Shown here one piece after another: positions 12,291-26,870 of a DNA stretch of 64,000 nt. Under the pieces are notes generated by a model. That model had not been told where the DNA came from. It saw only the letters and a list, made by a program, of their open reading frames with translations, and searched no databases. The DNA is from Callorhinchus milii. Lineage: Eukaryota. Both the position numbers and the translations under genes were made by a program. Within the stretch, counting starts at the first letter, position 1. Every line of letters begins with the position of its first letter. Location of the stretch: NCBI RefSeq assembly GCF_018977255.1, contig NW_024704742.1:1054001-1118000 (forward strand), in the 5' to 3' direction.

Positions 12291-14203
12291 TTTGGAGGGT
12301 TTATTACGCAGGTTCTATTCATTTATTATGCTAAAGCACAGTAACTAAATAAAACGCTACAAATAAAATAACCTCCTGTAAATGAACACGACTGAGCCTA
12401 CAATTCTGTATACATTTTATGGTTCATCCATTATAATTGCCACACTGCAACTAAATCACAGGGAGCTGAGTGAGTATTCAGCATTTACTAGTCTTCTGAG
12501 TGTCCTGTTTCAGTGATTGCCCTTTCCCTGTGTCTTTAAAGCAAAACAACATTCTTGTTACCCCGAGTCACGCTTTATTAAACACCTTCATCTGAAACGA
12601 GCCTCACTAATAAACTGTAACGGAGTTATTGCCTTTATCGTCAGAGCGGAATTTTTACTGTTGACGTTTTTACTGCACCTGGTAAGAGGCTGCGATTCTT
12701 TTTGAGACAAATATGCTGAAATGACTGTGTTCCCCGGCTCGTCTTGTCACTCTGTGGTGCGGCAGAAATCATTAGTCCTGAGAGTATCCTGCATCAGCAT
12801 TCATGACTTGTATTCTCAAAACTATGGCACCAGATACGATGCAGCCCGGACGGGCATTCTAACTATAAAAATAATCCCTACATTTCATATCCGTAGTACC
12901 TTTCAAGTTGGGAGGACGTCTCAAAGAACTTCAGAGGATTTAGTGTGTAGTGCAGCGTGTAGTGGCTGCTTATTTTGTAGGTGAAATAAACAGCCAATTT
13001 GCACACAGCAATGTCCCATAAACACCCATGAAGTGAGTGGTCGTGTTTTTTTGGGATGGAGATTTTGGCCAGGACACTGGGAGAAACTCTCTTCTCTTTT
13101 TGAATCGTGCCATGGGATCTTCAACGTCCAGTTCAACAGGCGGACGGGACCTTGGTTTAACGTCTCATCTGAAGGATGGCACCTCCAACAACAGACCTGC
13201 TCCCCCCCCAGCACTGTATTGGAGTTTCAGCCAAGACTCCGAGTTCAAATACTTATTGATAATACTCATTGATGTAAAGAGCGTTCCATATCGGGGAACT
13301 AAGAAAACAACATTTTTTTGTGTTTGTACCACCTTGTATCTACCATTGAGCACACATTAAAGGGTCCTTCTGGCTGGAACAGCTGTGGGGAATACAGAGG
13401 AGGGACAGGAGAGGAACAGGGAAGCCAAAGTCAAGCTAACCGCCTCGCGCAACTTAATTTGTCGTTCTTCTGTGGGATACACCATGATAAAACATATCGT
13501 TTTCCTATCCTGATGGCTCTCTTTTTATTTCGAGTACCTCAAGTTGCTTTTTGGAAGCATTGGACAGTAATGTATACACACAGTGTACGGTCGCACTCCA
13601 TTCCAATGGGTTGATAAGCTGAGACCCTGAGTTCTATTGAGCCGCAATAAAAAACAAACAGCTGCTGGTCAGTGCTTCCAAGTTGTCAGGTCACCGCTGC
13701 TGTCATTGTTTTTGTGCAGGAAGCTGACAGCCCATCTCACAAATGTTTCCAGTGGGGGTTTGGGTACCATTCAATAGCACTCAATGATGGGCCACCTCTA
13801 AGCCTGCAAAGTCAGCCAATTAGCACTGAAAGCTGGAAGGGTACTGGACTTCCAGAATACCGCTGATCGATAGGGTAACCACAATAAGCGTGGGCCCACG
13901 CTATACTGGGGCGTGTTGTGATTGAGTCTGGCTGTACATGGGTGCAATAGAAAATCATTTTTGTTCACCGGATTTCCGAGCATCTGTGACAGGTTCATCA
14001 CCATCTTGCTGCGTGCTAAATTTACAACTCTAAGGGCCGGAATAATTTCAAAACAAGCATTTGCGCCTCTGTCAAATCTTTGGAAAGTGCATAGAAGAGG
14101 AGCGGGAATTACAATGTGACGTATCCTCCACATACTGCTCCATTACAAAGAATGGGGAAGCTGAGCTTTTACAAATATTCCTCCTGAGCCTGCAGTTGCT
14201 TAC

Positions 14204-14450
14204 AGAAAATTGGCATACGCACAGAGACCCAAACTCTTAACAATAATCAGTTTGTACTGGATACATAAAGATCTTTCAGTACGTGTGGAGACCGCTTCTG
14301 GTTTTGATAGGACTTGCCCAAAAGTGTCCTTCACTGTACGCCAAGAATAGGATTGGTTTGAGCATGACAAATGTTCCTTCTGTGACAGAATTATTTCTCG
14401 AACATCCACAACATTTTTCAGCCATTTAGTAAACAATGTCTCAATGGAAT
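14204..14450 (-). CDS. Candidate internal exon, product unidentified
   Basis: ttcattctttatttgcag| ... |GTAAGC; 247 bp fully open in phase 1 to 2 (SIETLFTKWLKNVVDVREIIL...CIQYKLIIVKSLGLCAYANF). Non-repetitive sequence. Confidence 0.3.
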
Positions 14451-15426
14451 CTGCAAATAAAGAATGAAGATCTTTTATTTTCGTTTCAGTGCCTGGCTTT
14501 CTGCAAAGAAGGCTTGGAAATAATATAGTTGGGCTAGTTCCCTGTTCTCTCTGTGGCCACTTTCCTCAGCTATGCAGGTTGTTGCCAAACCATCTTTTCC
14601 ACATCTCTCACACCTTCCATTTCCTGCTGTGTACTGTCAACACAAGAGACAAATCCTCCGTCGGAAGCAGGGGAACATGTGTTAACTGCGTAAACTCAAC
14701 CGGGTCTCCGTTTGCACACCAAGCAAACGGAATGACTCCTTCCACCCTGAAAGCCCAATAAAGGTATAGCCTTGCTTGATGCAAAAAACAGAAGCACAAT
14801 AGAACGAAGGTGTCTGTAATTCTAAATAGTAATTGAAAGAGAGCCAGATCTGTCTGGTGCTGCCACTTCAATAGGAAAGAAATCAGAAACCAGCAATTAG
14901 TCATACACAACCTCCGGGCAAGATCGCTATGGAACATTAATAAAGGCAGTGTTTACATACAAGCAAACACAGGAAGGGAACCTCAACATAATAATGAAAA
15001 AGCTGTTCCCAGGGACAAGAGAAGACATGTATTTACCAGGAATGGAAATGGACATTGTTGCTGTGACAGAATTGCCTGAGACCACGTACAGTATAATCAT
15101 CAATCATGTTCACAATTACAAAGCATGAAAACTAAACCAAGCCAAATATCCATGACACACTGGCTCTGCTGTGTCTTTTTTTTTATGTGTAACCATTATA
15201 ACAGGGTCCAACTTGCAGGTTGGGTTAAGAACCAATGTGCAATATGTGCAGATTGTGCTAACCATGTGCAAACATGTGTACAAGAGAGAAGTGCAGATGC
15301 CCTTAATAATACACTGAACCAGTGAAGAGGACTAAGGGGGATTCAGGAATCCTTTTTATTGGTTTTAATTATATAGATGAGGTGTTAAGTTTTGTACAAT
15401 ATGTGTTTGGATATGGTTAACCTAAC

Positions 15427-15706
15427 CTGGTTGAGTTGCAAGTTGAATCTGGATATTCAGGTACTGGAGATGAATTTGCAGCTCCTGCACAAAATTCATG
15501 TGTTCCACTATTCCATGGTGCCACCTTCATCGCCTCAGGCTCTCTAAAGTTCTCCTCCAAAATATCAATTTCATCATGGTTAAAAGAGGGAGAAAAGTCA
15601 GTTCAGCACATTTCTCATGAAAAACCAATGGGATTGCATGAATGTTGCTTTTGAGAATGGAAATTTAGCCAATGAAGACATGCCTGCAGTGATGTGTTTC
15701 ACACTC
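15427..15706 (-). pseudogene. Exon-like segment with two in-frame stops
   Basis: tttcctgctttag| ... |GTTAGG; 280 bp, phase 0 to 1. Reads ECETHHCRHVFIG*ISILKSN...RRTLESLRR*RWHHGIVEHMNFVQELQIHLQYLNIQIQLATQP and is phase-compatible with the 14450 acceptor. Confidence 0.15.
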
Positions 15707-16854
15707 CTAAAGCAGGAAACCTTTAAAGACCCTTGAGCTCTGTATCATTTGAGATATCCATGAATGCAACAATAAATCTGAAAAAGCAAGATAATAAATG
15801 TGAAACAATGAACATCCTATGATGGGAGCATTAAGAGGATTTTGCACGGATGGAATCACCGTTAATTATCAGCGGTGCTATGTTCAAAAGGAATATTATT
15901 CCTGTTCAAAAGGACACTGAAGCACTCCCTCTAGTCTGTTTAGTTTGCAAGTTGTCAAAGTCCTGTGAAAATGCCTCTTTTATTGAATAATTTATTCAGC
16001 AGTTAAATATAATGGAATGCTTTCTGAGGCACTTTCCTGTTCCCTGTCCCAATGGCTTCCTGCCTGCTTATACGTAAAGATATGTCAACACAGTTCTGCT
16101 TATGAGTTCAGGAAGAACATGGCTAAGCTCCATTCAGAAGGGGACATCGCTGATCGTGATGAATCTAAGCTGTCACTATCAATCAAAACTGGTAAAAGGC
16201 AACTTTCCAGATGAGGAATCAACATGGCCAATTGAAGACATCCCACCCAGCGACCAGACTACAGAGTAGCTATCTAACCTAACAAGCCATATCATTAATC
16301 TTTGGCAGGACATTCTCATTGTTAATCTTTGGCGCATCCTGTTGCATTCCACACAGTTGTGATCATCTGTATCTATACTTATCCTTAAACCTTCAATCCT
16401 GTTATCCATTTCTTTAAAGGAGTTGATAAATACAGCATTTATTGTCTTTGCTGTACATCTGTTCCGCATCAGTCATTTACTCTATGGTTAAAATAAATTC
16501 TTCAAATCTCTAGTCTCACTGAAGGATTGTTCCTTTTGATTGGCGGTTCGCTTTTCCGGGGATAATAATCCCTTCAAGAAAAATAATAAGTTGGTCGCTT
16601 AATCTACAAATGTTTGTGGGTCACTGCTGTGTGCAATTGGCTGCTGCATTTCGTCCACAAAATATAGTCAATTCACTTTACAGTATATTCTATGGAGCGT
16701 ATAGAGACATCTCAAAGACATGATAAGGAGCTGTATCAAATGCAAGGATTATTATTATTATGTTCTCCACTTATACACTAATAATCTAAGTTACAAACAA
16801 ACTGAATACATCTCCAGTATTCCCATCTCGCTGCACATTGAAGACATGGATAAT

Positions 16855-17170
16855 GACGCTGAGGGGACCTTATAGAGTTGTACGACATTTTAAATGGGAT
16901 TGAAAAGGAACCCCAGAACAATGCTCTAGGATGCATCAGACAGTGGACCAAGAGGTCATAGGTTTAGAGTTGCATTGTTACGACAGACCCCAGGAAGGTT
17001 TTCTATATCCAGCTTGGATAATTACCAACTGGAGATGCGGTTAGGAACTGTAGTTGAGGCCAGGACACTGGATTCATTTATAAAACAGTTTGATACTGGG
17101 ATAGTAGGACAGTAGAGTGGGTGATTTGGAGAGATGAGATCAGATGGGCTGAAGAGCCTTCTTCATCTAG
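16855..17170 (+). mobile_element. CR1 LINE 3' fragment
   Basis: LRGDLIELYDILNGIEK... (typical CR1 RT C-terminus), followed by a gatgggctgaagagccttcttc tail. Confidence 0.75.
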
Positions 17171-20039
17171 GCCAGTCTTGTGAATTCCTGGATGGCCGTG
17201 AAAGTCCAACCCTGACTGGAGATTGAACACGATTATCTCTGCTTTGGTCCCATGTTTCCAGATAGGAGTTTGCAATGGCGCACCTTGTGATAATGGTGCA
17301 TTCCATCTTGGGAGAGGAACATAAAACATCATCAGCGAGACCCAGGGATCCTTTCAGAAGTACTCAGCAGTACTGTAGCCCCCCCCGACCCCACTCGTGT
17401 TAGCTAGAGAAGTGCTAGCACTAGCTTGGGAGTAAGAGGGATCCAAGCTAGAAACACAAGAAGAGGTGATTAGTTCCAAAAACATACAATTACAGTAAAA
17501 GAAAACTTTGAAGCTAAAACTTCCGATCTTCATTTTGGGATCATTTACCTTTAATACTGTATCCGTAAGAATACGTTCCAGACAATCTCGTTAGAATCAT
17601 CACAGTCTCCAGTCATTGGCACTGTAAAAGGTCCACTTGCAGGAATTAATCATAATCAATATTTATAATTGGTTATTCAAAACAATCATTGTAAATCTCC
17701 AGAAATCGATACGGGAGGACCAGCAAAGATTTATTGCTTTGATGTGTGGCTTGAATTATGCCTCCTGGAAACTAACCTTTTATGGAGTTTCATCAAATAC
17801 AACGGCAAAGAAAACGTTTAGACACAAATATATAAAGTGCAGGTACCAATCAACTATAGGTATTAGAAATGCCATATTATTTCTGGTGAGATCCGCTTGT
17901 CACTTGACAGAAGGCTTCGTGCACGTTGGAACTAAAACTAAAGCTCTCTTCATAGAGTGTGACTGCATCGCTACTTCCAATTCGTGTTTTTTTTAAAAAA
18001 AATTGACACAACACAGTACTTTGTGCATTAGTGTGAAAGGGCTTTTAGTGCTCATTGCTGCAGTCAAGTCTAGAGAGGAGGGCGTTGTCTCATTAAGAAA
18101 GAGATATAAGGATGTTTCTTGCATTAGGAAAAGCACGTGGTTTCTTAATCCACATAATAAACCATGGTTATGTCATCTGGCCAACACGTGACAACAGTAT
18201 GTTCTCTGATATTCACACAATCTCTGATTGGCCGGTTAACAAGAAAGAGGCAATAGAGGCTTATTCCTGGGTACATCAGTGTCTTTTTTCAGTTTAATTC
18301 AAAGCCATTTCATCTCAGGTTACACTGAGAGTGAAATGATGCAAAAACATCTGATAAAAGGGTTTTTCCAAATCATTCTTACTGATTAGAGGCTGGTACA
18401 ATACTTAGTGTGTTGTATAAAATAATCCTTGCATTTGATATAGCACCTTATCACGTCTGCGAGACGTCTCAAAGTGCCTCACAGGATATACTGTAAAGTG
18501 AATTGACTCTATATTTTGTGGGCGAAACGTGGCAGCAAATTGCGCACAGCAGCATCCCACAAACTGTCGTGGATTGAAGTGACCAATATTTTATTATTAA
18601 TATATTATTATTATTGTGTTGGGATCTGTGTGTATTAAATACACAGGGTTACCTGTTTACCATCGAGGATTATTTTTAGAAATAGTGATGCAGTATCACA
18701 CTGTGATAGTTTGCTGCTACTGATTTCCTTTCACAAATGTGAAAAGACTATTTAATTTCCGGCAAAATAATTATTGATTTTGTTGAGTAATGCTATTTGA
18801 AAGTCTTATCAAACAATATTTGCATTCGGAAAAAAAAAATATCCAAAGCCAACTATAATTCATCATGTCTTGTTTACTATAATTTCAGTCGTGCAGTCGA
18901 AACATCTGGACACTAAATGGCATTTGCCAAGAATCCACTTCCAACTTCAAGCCTACAAATCTCTGGTACCTTTTATCTCCAAAGATGATCAAGAGTTCCA
19001 AAAGCAACACTGCCCTCTATAGCTGAGAGCATCCACATCGCGTTGAAATATACCTCTTTGCGTAATGTCAAGCAAGTGACTGGTAAAATTTCAGCTCACC
19101 AGAACTAGAAGTGGAAACCGAGCGGAAACAATTCAGAACTAGGAGTGGCAACGGTTTCTATGATAGGACTTGAAACCTGGAAGACTTCAAGTGCGAGCGC
19201 ACGGTGATCCAAAACAATCTTTTCACGTCGCTTGGAAGGTCAAGTTAGAAGTAAAGGAAAAGCCAATGCATTTGGGCTGGGGTTTTTTTTTTCGCGCAGC
19301 TTGTGAGATGCGTCACCCCCTCAGTCCTTGTTTGTCAAACACGGTGGAGTCTGCCAGTGCGGGAGAAATGCAGGCCAGCAAATGTCTGTAATAAAAAGAG
19401 AGCCAATATCAATTTCCTGTACAGTTTTAATTGAATTTCCACACTATGTGTTTCTTCACAGCCTCTGCCACTTTAAAGCGATTGATTGCCACGACACTGA
19501 CAGGATACCAAAGCTGTTTTTAACACCACTGACACCTCTATCCCTTTAACCCTTCGTGTGATGCTGAGCACGTCGCCAGAAAAAAGCATCGATGCCAAGT
19601 AAGGATAAGAAGTGTTGTACTGTTACGGTTTTGTAAAGACCACAGTAAGTACACACTTGTCACACCTCAACTGTCTTCTTTTCAACATTGTTTGCCTCAC
19701 TATCTCCATTGATTTCAAATGGAACTTTTGCATCTCCTGCATCTCAATTTCCTCTCCCAAACCAAACATTCATTTCCTGTCAGTCTGCCTGGGTCGCCTC
19801 TAGGTCAGAGTTGTGGGTAGAGGAGGACCACATTCTCAGGAAGTGATGTTAGTGGCGACCACATGGCTTGGAAAGCAGCCAATCTGGCACATGGGAAAGG
19901 AGTGAGCCTGCTGCTCAGTGAACGGGGTCCACACCGCAACGGTGCGGTGCCTGAATTGACTCTGTACGAAAAGGGCTACATTGTCGGATGCCACCAAACC
20001 ATCCACGATTTGAATGCTGCCACACATCTGGGCAGCTCT

Positions 20040-20330
20040 TCCAGTCTGGAGCTCTATCCCCGCAACCCCTCCGCCTCACCCCCTCTCTTGCCTCCTTCAA
20101 GTCCCGTCTAAAGACCTGCCTCTTCGACCGTGCCTTTGGACACCTTCCCACTCCCACCCCAACCCCACTCTCCCCCCCCCCCCGCCCCCCCTGCTCGCCC
20201 TCCACCCCTCCTGACCCCCAACTCCCAGATCGGGTGCAAAACCCCCTGACTATCTAGAGTCCTGAAACATCTTTCCAACGTGAAGGGAGGACGCTTTTCC
20301 AAGAGTACTTTGCTGTTGTTGTTGTTGTTG
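20040..20330 (+). mobile_element. L2 3' fragment
   Basis: ctccttcaagtcccgtctaaagacctgcctcttcgaccgtgcctttgg ... (ttg)n, matching 22130-22322. Confidence 0.8.
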
Positions 20331-21639
20331 CTTCTTGAATCGATCTCACTCTTGTTTCCATTCTTGGGGCATTGCAATACCCTGGGACTTGTTGCCCTGC
20401 ACTGTGGGTCGTAGCCTTTCACCTAAGTTTATCTCAGTCTTGTATTCACTTCACTATTCCACTTCATGGCGTGTATTTATCTGTGTCTCACAAAGCAATT
20501 TTCCACTTTAAATTCTGACAAAACTCTGGAACCAAATTCTACTATCTCATTTATTAGCATCACAAAATATATAAACCTGAATTATCTTAAAAAGGCTAGA
20601 TTGTAAAATATCCTACTGCGGGAAAAGAGAGTACTAAAATAGAGAGTCCTAATACCTGATTGTGTTACAGGTCTGAAGAGCAAATGAACACAAGTCACAT
20701 TATTAGATAATAATAATAATAATAAAAATCCTTGCATTTGATATAGCGCCTTATCACGTCATTGAGATGCTTCAAAGCACTTCACCAAATATACTGTAAA
20801 GCGAATTGACACTGTATTTTGTGGGTGAAATGCTATTTATACAGATACCCGATTCCTTTCAAAATCATCGCAGAGAAATATATTATAATATTACAAAATA
20901 CTGTATCTGCCCCTAAAGTAAAATCAAAAAGCCTGAAAAGATTCTACCAGAGTGTGGTTCATTTCTACCTCTTATTAATTCATAATATGCTAACAGTTTC
21001 CACATTTTTTAATCATAAATTCAAGGGTATATTCCAGGACTTTTATTCCACCAATAGATTGCCTGTGGTCTGCATTTTCCTGCTAATTCGGTACAACTGA
21101 ACAAATCCAATATATTAAACTAACCACAATGAGAAATCCTGAAATCAAATGATGCCTGACTCAGTGAGTGGTACCATATACAAGTGATAAGTCATTGACT
21201 GATATAGAACTTGAGTGATTCATGACTTAATGATGCCGAAGTCAAATGATGTGTGACTCAGTGATGACTGATGTGTGACTGAGTGATGAAGTCTAGATGC
21301 CCAAGTCATTGAGGTTAAGACAAAGTTGACCGATGATTGACTTTGTGATTCTCAAGTAAAGGAGAAGGTCCTGAACTGCAAACTGTACAACTGAGCTCCC
21401 ATGTGTATTTTAATACGGAAAGGCGACTGTGGTAAAGACCACTGTCGCAAAATGTAATATTTTCAACAAAGTTCTCAAATTCAGCTTTAATTCAGAATTT
21501 GTAATTGCAATTAAATGAGATAAACATAATAAGAATCAAGTAACCCTTTCACTCGATGGGGCCTGACTGGGGATTGCACCCACAACAGAGGCAAGAGTAC
21601 GACAAACTGAGTCAGGCGGACAACCTAACATTTGAAAAA

Positions 21640-22322
21640 TGGTGGCACTGCCTACCACCACCTCCGCAACATTGCCAGACTCCGCCACTGCCTCACCCCT
21701 CAGGCTGCCCAAACCCTCAACCACACATTCGTCACCTCAAGGCTCGATTACGAGAACTCCCTCCTCATCGGCCTTCCCAACTCTTCCCTTCACAAGCTGC
21801 AGATCATCCAAAACTCTGCAACTCGTGTACTCTCACGCACCAGTCTCCGTGACCCCATCACTCCCACCCTCACCCGACTCCACTGGCTCCCCATCCCCCA
21901 GAGGATCGAGTTCAAGATCTTCGTCCTCACTTTTAAGCCAACCATGGCCTTGCCCCCTCCTACCTCTCTGACTGCTGACTCCCTACCAACCTGCCTGCTC
22001 CCTCCGTTCAGCGGGCTCCGGGCTGCTCCATGTCTCCCGACCGACCCGCCCTACCATCGGTGGATGGGCTTTCAGCCTTTCTCACACTCTGGAACTCCAT
22101 CCCACGGTCCCTTCGCGTCGCTTCCTTCCTCGCCTCCTTCAAGGCCGGTCTCAAGACCCTTCTCTTTGACCGTGCCTTTGGTCTCCCTCCCACCTCTCTG
22201 CCTTCCCTCACCCCTACCCCAACCCTCCCCCAACCTCGGGCCCCGACACCTGACTGTTCAGCGCTTTGGGACGTCCTCCTGATGTGAAAGGCGCTCTATA
22301 AATGTAATTTTGTTGTTGTTGT
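21640..22322 (+). mobile_element. 5'-truncated L2 LINE (RT C-terminus and 3' UTR)
   Basis: AYHHLRNIARLRHCLTPQAAQTL.HTFVTSRLDY.NSLLIGLP...LQIIQNSA.R...HWLPIPQRIEFKI. Ends gcgctttgggacgtcctcctgatgtgaaaggcgct...(ttg)n. Confidence 0.92.
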
Positions 22323-24199
22323 AAAAGCGTGCACAGAAAGGGCCCGAGAATGGGACTAAGTTGATAGCTCTGTCAGAAAGCCAGCACGTCATGAATAGCC
22401 TCATTCTGTGCTACAAATTTCTATGATTCATATAGTACGATAATCCCCTAATAATCCTTGCATTTGATCCTTGCATTTTAATAATCCTTGCCTTATCACG
22501 TCTTTCGAGACATCTCAAAGCGCTTCACAAGATATACTGTAAAATGAATTGACTATATATTTTATTTGGGAAACAAATGCTTCTTGAACTGAAGAAAATT
22601 AACTTTTATCCCCCTAATCTGCAACCTTATCCATAGTTTTTAATTGGAATCTTTTTAGTTACTTCTGTGTCTCTAGTCTCCCTAGGGCGCAGTGATGTCT
22701 CTAAGACAGGATCCAATAAGAAGATAGGTCAGGATACCAGCCTGTGGTAATGACAACATGTCCCAGGGCATTGGAATGAGTCGAATAACAACAGCATCAG
22801 CCAGCTTTAACTCTGCTACTGGTATTTTTGCCACACAAACATGGAGCATCGGAGGTTGAGTGTGGAGTGATTGCTCCCTTTGGCAAGCCCCAACCACTTG
22901 GCAGCAGAGAGAAGAATGAATGCTGGTGTTGCTTTCATTACTGTTACATGTAACTGCAGGTTAATGTCAGCAGCGTGGAAATTTTATCCCTCAATTCTAA
23001 AGGACAACCGGTGTTGCCTTGTGCTAAATGGGCAGGTGGACTGCCCCGAAAAACAATAAATTAATTCTAAGGGCAGTATTTGTTCCGAGGCACTTGTCTC
23101 GGGACGTGGAAATAAACTCAACCCATACAAAACAGGAACAGATGTACTTAGTTACGTTATATTGTTAAACCGATTACTGTTTAATAAGTCTATTGACGGA
23201 CAAAGATTTTTTTTGGCAAGAAATAAGCAAGCTAAAATGTACTGGAAATCCATGTAATTCCAGCCAGACTTCTGGGAATATTTTTTTTCAGTTCTTGACT
23301 GTCTCATTCATTTCTTAAATAGTTGCGACTACTGGCTTGTAGGGACATCGATCTTTGTTTTTCCTTGTTTAAATGACCATAATTGGAACAACGTAACCTC
23401 TGATTTACAGAAGAATAGCCTTTGGATATTTGATTTCAACCATATGTGTCTGCCTTTGAACTTTTTACTAGATTCTTGATCCATATAATAACTGGGTCAC
23501 ATATGGGTGACCTTTGGTGGTTTCTCTGCATTGCTCTAGATTTAAAAATACAGTATATTCGCTGCTCCCACAGGATTCCAAGTGGCAGAATTCCTCTTGC
23601 TGCTACGTGTAGTGACTTTGACTTTGTGGCCTCCTAATTTTGATAATTGCACGTCCTCAAAGTTGCTAAATTTGTACGCAAGAGGAATTCCTCTCTCTCT
23701 AAATGACCCAAGACTCTGTTTAAAAAAGAGAGTTGAATAAATATCTGAAAAGGAACAAAGATTAAAGACTTTGGGAAAACAGCAGCGAACGGGGATTAAA
23801 GTGAATAGGTTCAGTGGAAGAGCTAGTATCAGTAGATCTCAGTAGGCTCAAATGCCTCTTTCTATGCTGTAATTTCTATAATTATATAACTCTTATAGTG
23901 CCATTGAAATTGGTAGCTCTAATTCTTACACTAACCAAAAAGAGATTCCAATCCAATGAACATACAGTCCACAGTAAATGATGGTGACCTGATGATTCAT
24001 TGTAGAAGATCAGCTTCCGCAAAGTTTATGCTGCGCGAGGATCCTAAATATTAAGTACACGTCATATAGAGGGCTATCTGTCAAGTGAATGCAAAGCGCC
24101 TACCACTGCACTTCTGAAAAATTAATCCCCAGTTCCTCCCACATGCTTGTTGGCACACATCCTAGGTGGCATTGGCTGACAGGCAGAGTCAACACTAAC

Positions 24200-24510
24200 A
24201 ATAACAGTAACATGTATTTATATTACGCTCTTCACATCCAATAACATCTCAGAGGCCTTCACACTCACGAAGCAGATAGAGGGATGATGGGAAAGGGGTG
24301 GAAGGAGGTGACCACAGGCATGGTCAAAGAGGTTTGTATGGGGCCATTTGGAATAGATAGTAAGGGGGCAAGGTGAAGGGGTCAGGGGAGGGAGTTCCAG
24401 ACATTAGGAGCATAGAATTGGAATGCTCGGCCACCAATGGTCGGGGACGGGTAAGGCAGCAAACATGCAGGAAGCCTGAGTTAGCCATAAACTGGACACA
24501 GACTGAGGAC
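24200..24510 (-). mobile_element. Old L2 3' fragment
   Basis: Diverged match to the L2 3' ends at 27050 and 35128. Confidence 0.6.
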
Positions 24511-25327
24511 AACTCGTTACAGTGACCACTCTGGAAATCACCACTCTAGGAGTCACCATTTGAGGGTCACCAGCCCAAGGGCAACAGTCCAGGGTCACCA
24601 GTCTGGTCAAAAACAATGTCCACCAGGCAACTGTTACCAGCTAAAGACCATCGAGGCAGGGCCACTACCTACACACTCCAATCTGGGATCACCAGTCTAT
24701 GCAGTATATGTTTTAAAGAGAAGATAAGGGCTTACTTTCTCATATTTTCAGCCAAATCAAACCAATTTTGATGAGTAACATACGTCAGTGATGTAAATCG
24801 TGTGGAAATGCATCGTGGGGAAGATCTAAAAGATGATATTTTTAACAGGAAGTTATAAATAGTGACTCCAGCCAGTAACTAACTACCACAACTTATAAGA
24901 TCTTAAAACCAATCCTTTAAGGTACTGGGAACCAATGGAGTTGGCAAGGAGAATGATAACAGATGTAGATCGTCTGTCCAAAAAACTCAGATCAGTTAAA
25001 GCTCCTGAGAATGACTCCATGGTGTTTGGCAAGGAACACATTGGAAAAATCTATTTGTGAGATAACTGACATATGAATAAGGGATTTAGGAGCAATGGGA
25101 GTGAGTTAAGGCCATTTGTAGATAATAACCAGCTGTGCATCACCAAGTTTCTGAACATAAAAACATTCCAGGCAATACCTTCTGGTCTTCAAACTCTGGT
25201 TCATGGATCACTCCTCACTTCCCTCACTGGAAATAAAATTGATCATTTGCTTTGTGGTTGTTTGTGGGACATTGCAGCGCAAATATTGACTATTGTGTTC
25301 TTCCACAAAACACACGCAGACACTGCT

Positions 25328-25630
25328 ACTACAACAGCAATTTGCATTTATATAGCAACCTTCATGTAGGTAGTGTCTTCGAGCTTTAACAGTGGTGTGG
25401 TTGACGCTGAGTTGAAAAGAGAGTGGGGGGGGGAGTGGGGGGCGACTGGAGGCACGGCCAAAGAGGAAAGCCTTCAAGTGTGATTTGAAAACTGGCAAAG
25501 AGAGGACAAGACAGAGGATTGAGAGGAAGGGATTTCCAGAGATTTGGGGCTTAGTGGCTGAAAGCACAGCTACCAATGGTAGAGTGGAGGGGAAGAGAGA
25601 CTTGCAGAAGTCCGCAGCTCGCTGAACAAA
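25328..25630 (-). mobile_element. Old L2 3' fragment
   Basis: acaacagcaatttgcatttatatagc tail; FKSHLKAFLF reading in ORF 25208-25636. Confidence 0.65.
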
Positions 25631-26569
25631 GGCCAAGACTGCTTAAGTACTCCGAGACACTAACTTGCATGAAGGATGCTATATAAATGCAAGTTGTTGT
25701 TGTTAATCTTCAGCATGTACTTTGGCTGAATATATTTCAATCCCCCCTTCCCTTTCTTTCTATTCAATATGGTAAATGATAGCATTACAAAAAAAAGGTG
25801 TTTTCTACAGATTTGAAGCTTCTTTGCTGATGAAGCATGTACGAAAATATTGGATAAAAAACTATTCCATTCTTTTATGGGTGGAGCAAGTGAACAAGAG
25901 AGCAATCTTAATTATTACAGCTCTGTATACGTTTGCAGTGGGGAACAATACCAGAGCAGGAGAGTGGCAATTACTACATTTTATAATTCATGCTTTTAAA
26001 AAACAGCTGTCACAGGCCAAGTCTTCGAACTAAGATATTCATTAGAATGTAAAGTGTAAATATCCAGAGTGTGCGAGACCTGACAGAACAGCAATAATTT
26101 AAAGTCTTCCTGAGGCTAGCGAAAGGGAAGCACTCAGTTCCTGCGAGCAACTTGCAGAAATACAGACGCAAGGAAAATGTCCACTCATTTCCAATAATAT
26201 CATGGATCATTTAACGCTCCACTGAACAGGCAGACAGGGCCTTGGTTATAGTCTCATTTGAAGGAAGAGTAATTCTGACAATGCAGCGCACCCCGGGAAT
26301 GGAGTTAAAAAGAATTACATAGAGTGGTAAGGCATTGGAAATGGCCACTTGGCCCAACTAGTCCATGGCAATGTTTATGCTCCACATAAGCATGCTGTGA
26401 AGCATTTTGAGTTGTTTCAACAGTGTGGTAAGACGCTATAAAATGCTGCCGCATTTTGCCCAAAAAATATACAGTCAATTCACTTTACAGTGTATTCTGT
26501 GAAGCCTTTTGAGACGTCTCGAAGACATGAAGTTCCATATCAAATGCAAGGATTATTATAATATGACCC

Positions 26570-26870
26570 TACTTTATTCTCTCTCATGTCTCCATCAAGT
26601 TTTCTGTGAAATACATGTCTCCTAAACTCCCTATTAGATCTACCAGCAGCTATCTGATATTTATGTCCTCTTGTTTTGGACTCAAGTGAGCAAATGGAAA
26701 CAATCCATCAACAGACACCTTATCAAATCCTTTTGTAATCTTAAGCATCTCTATCAGGTCTCTTCTGAATTGTCATACCTCTGGAGAGAACTATGTCCAA
26801 TCTTTTTTGATATCAACATGCACTCATCCCTGATAACATCCTTGTAAACCTACACTGTTCTCTCTCTTTA
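26570..26870 (-). mobile_element. CR1 LINE fragment
   Basis: Minus strand gaagacctgatagagatgcttaagattacaaaaggatttgataaggtg, i.e. DLIEMLKITKGFDKV. Confidence 0.65.

Noticed and set aside
17637-17996. 119-aa plus-strand ORF
   Set aside because: Non-ATG start, AT-rich, and no motif or splice support.
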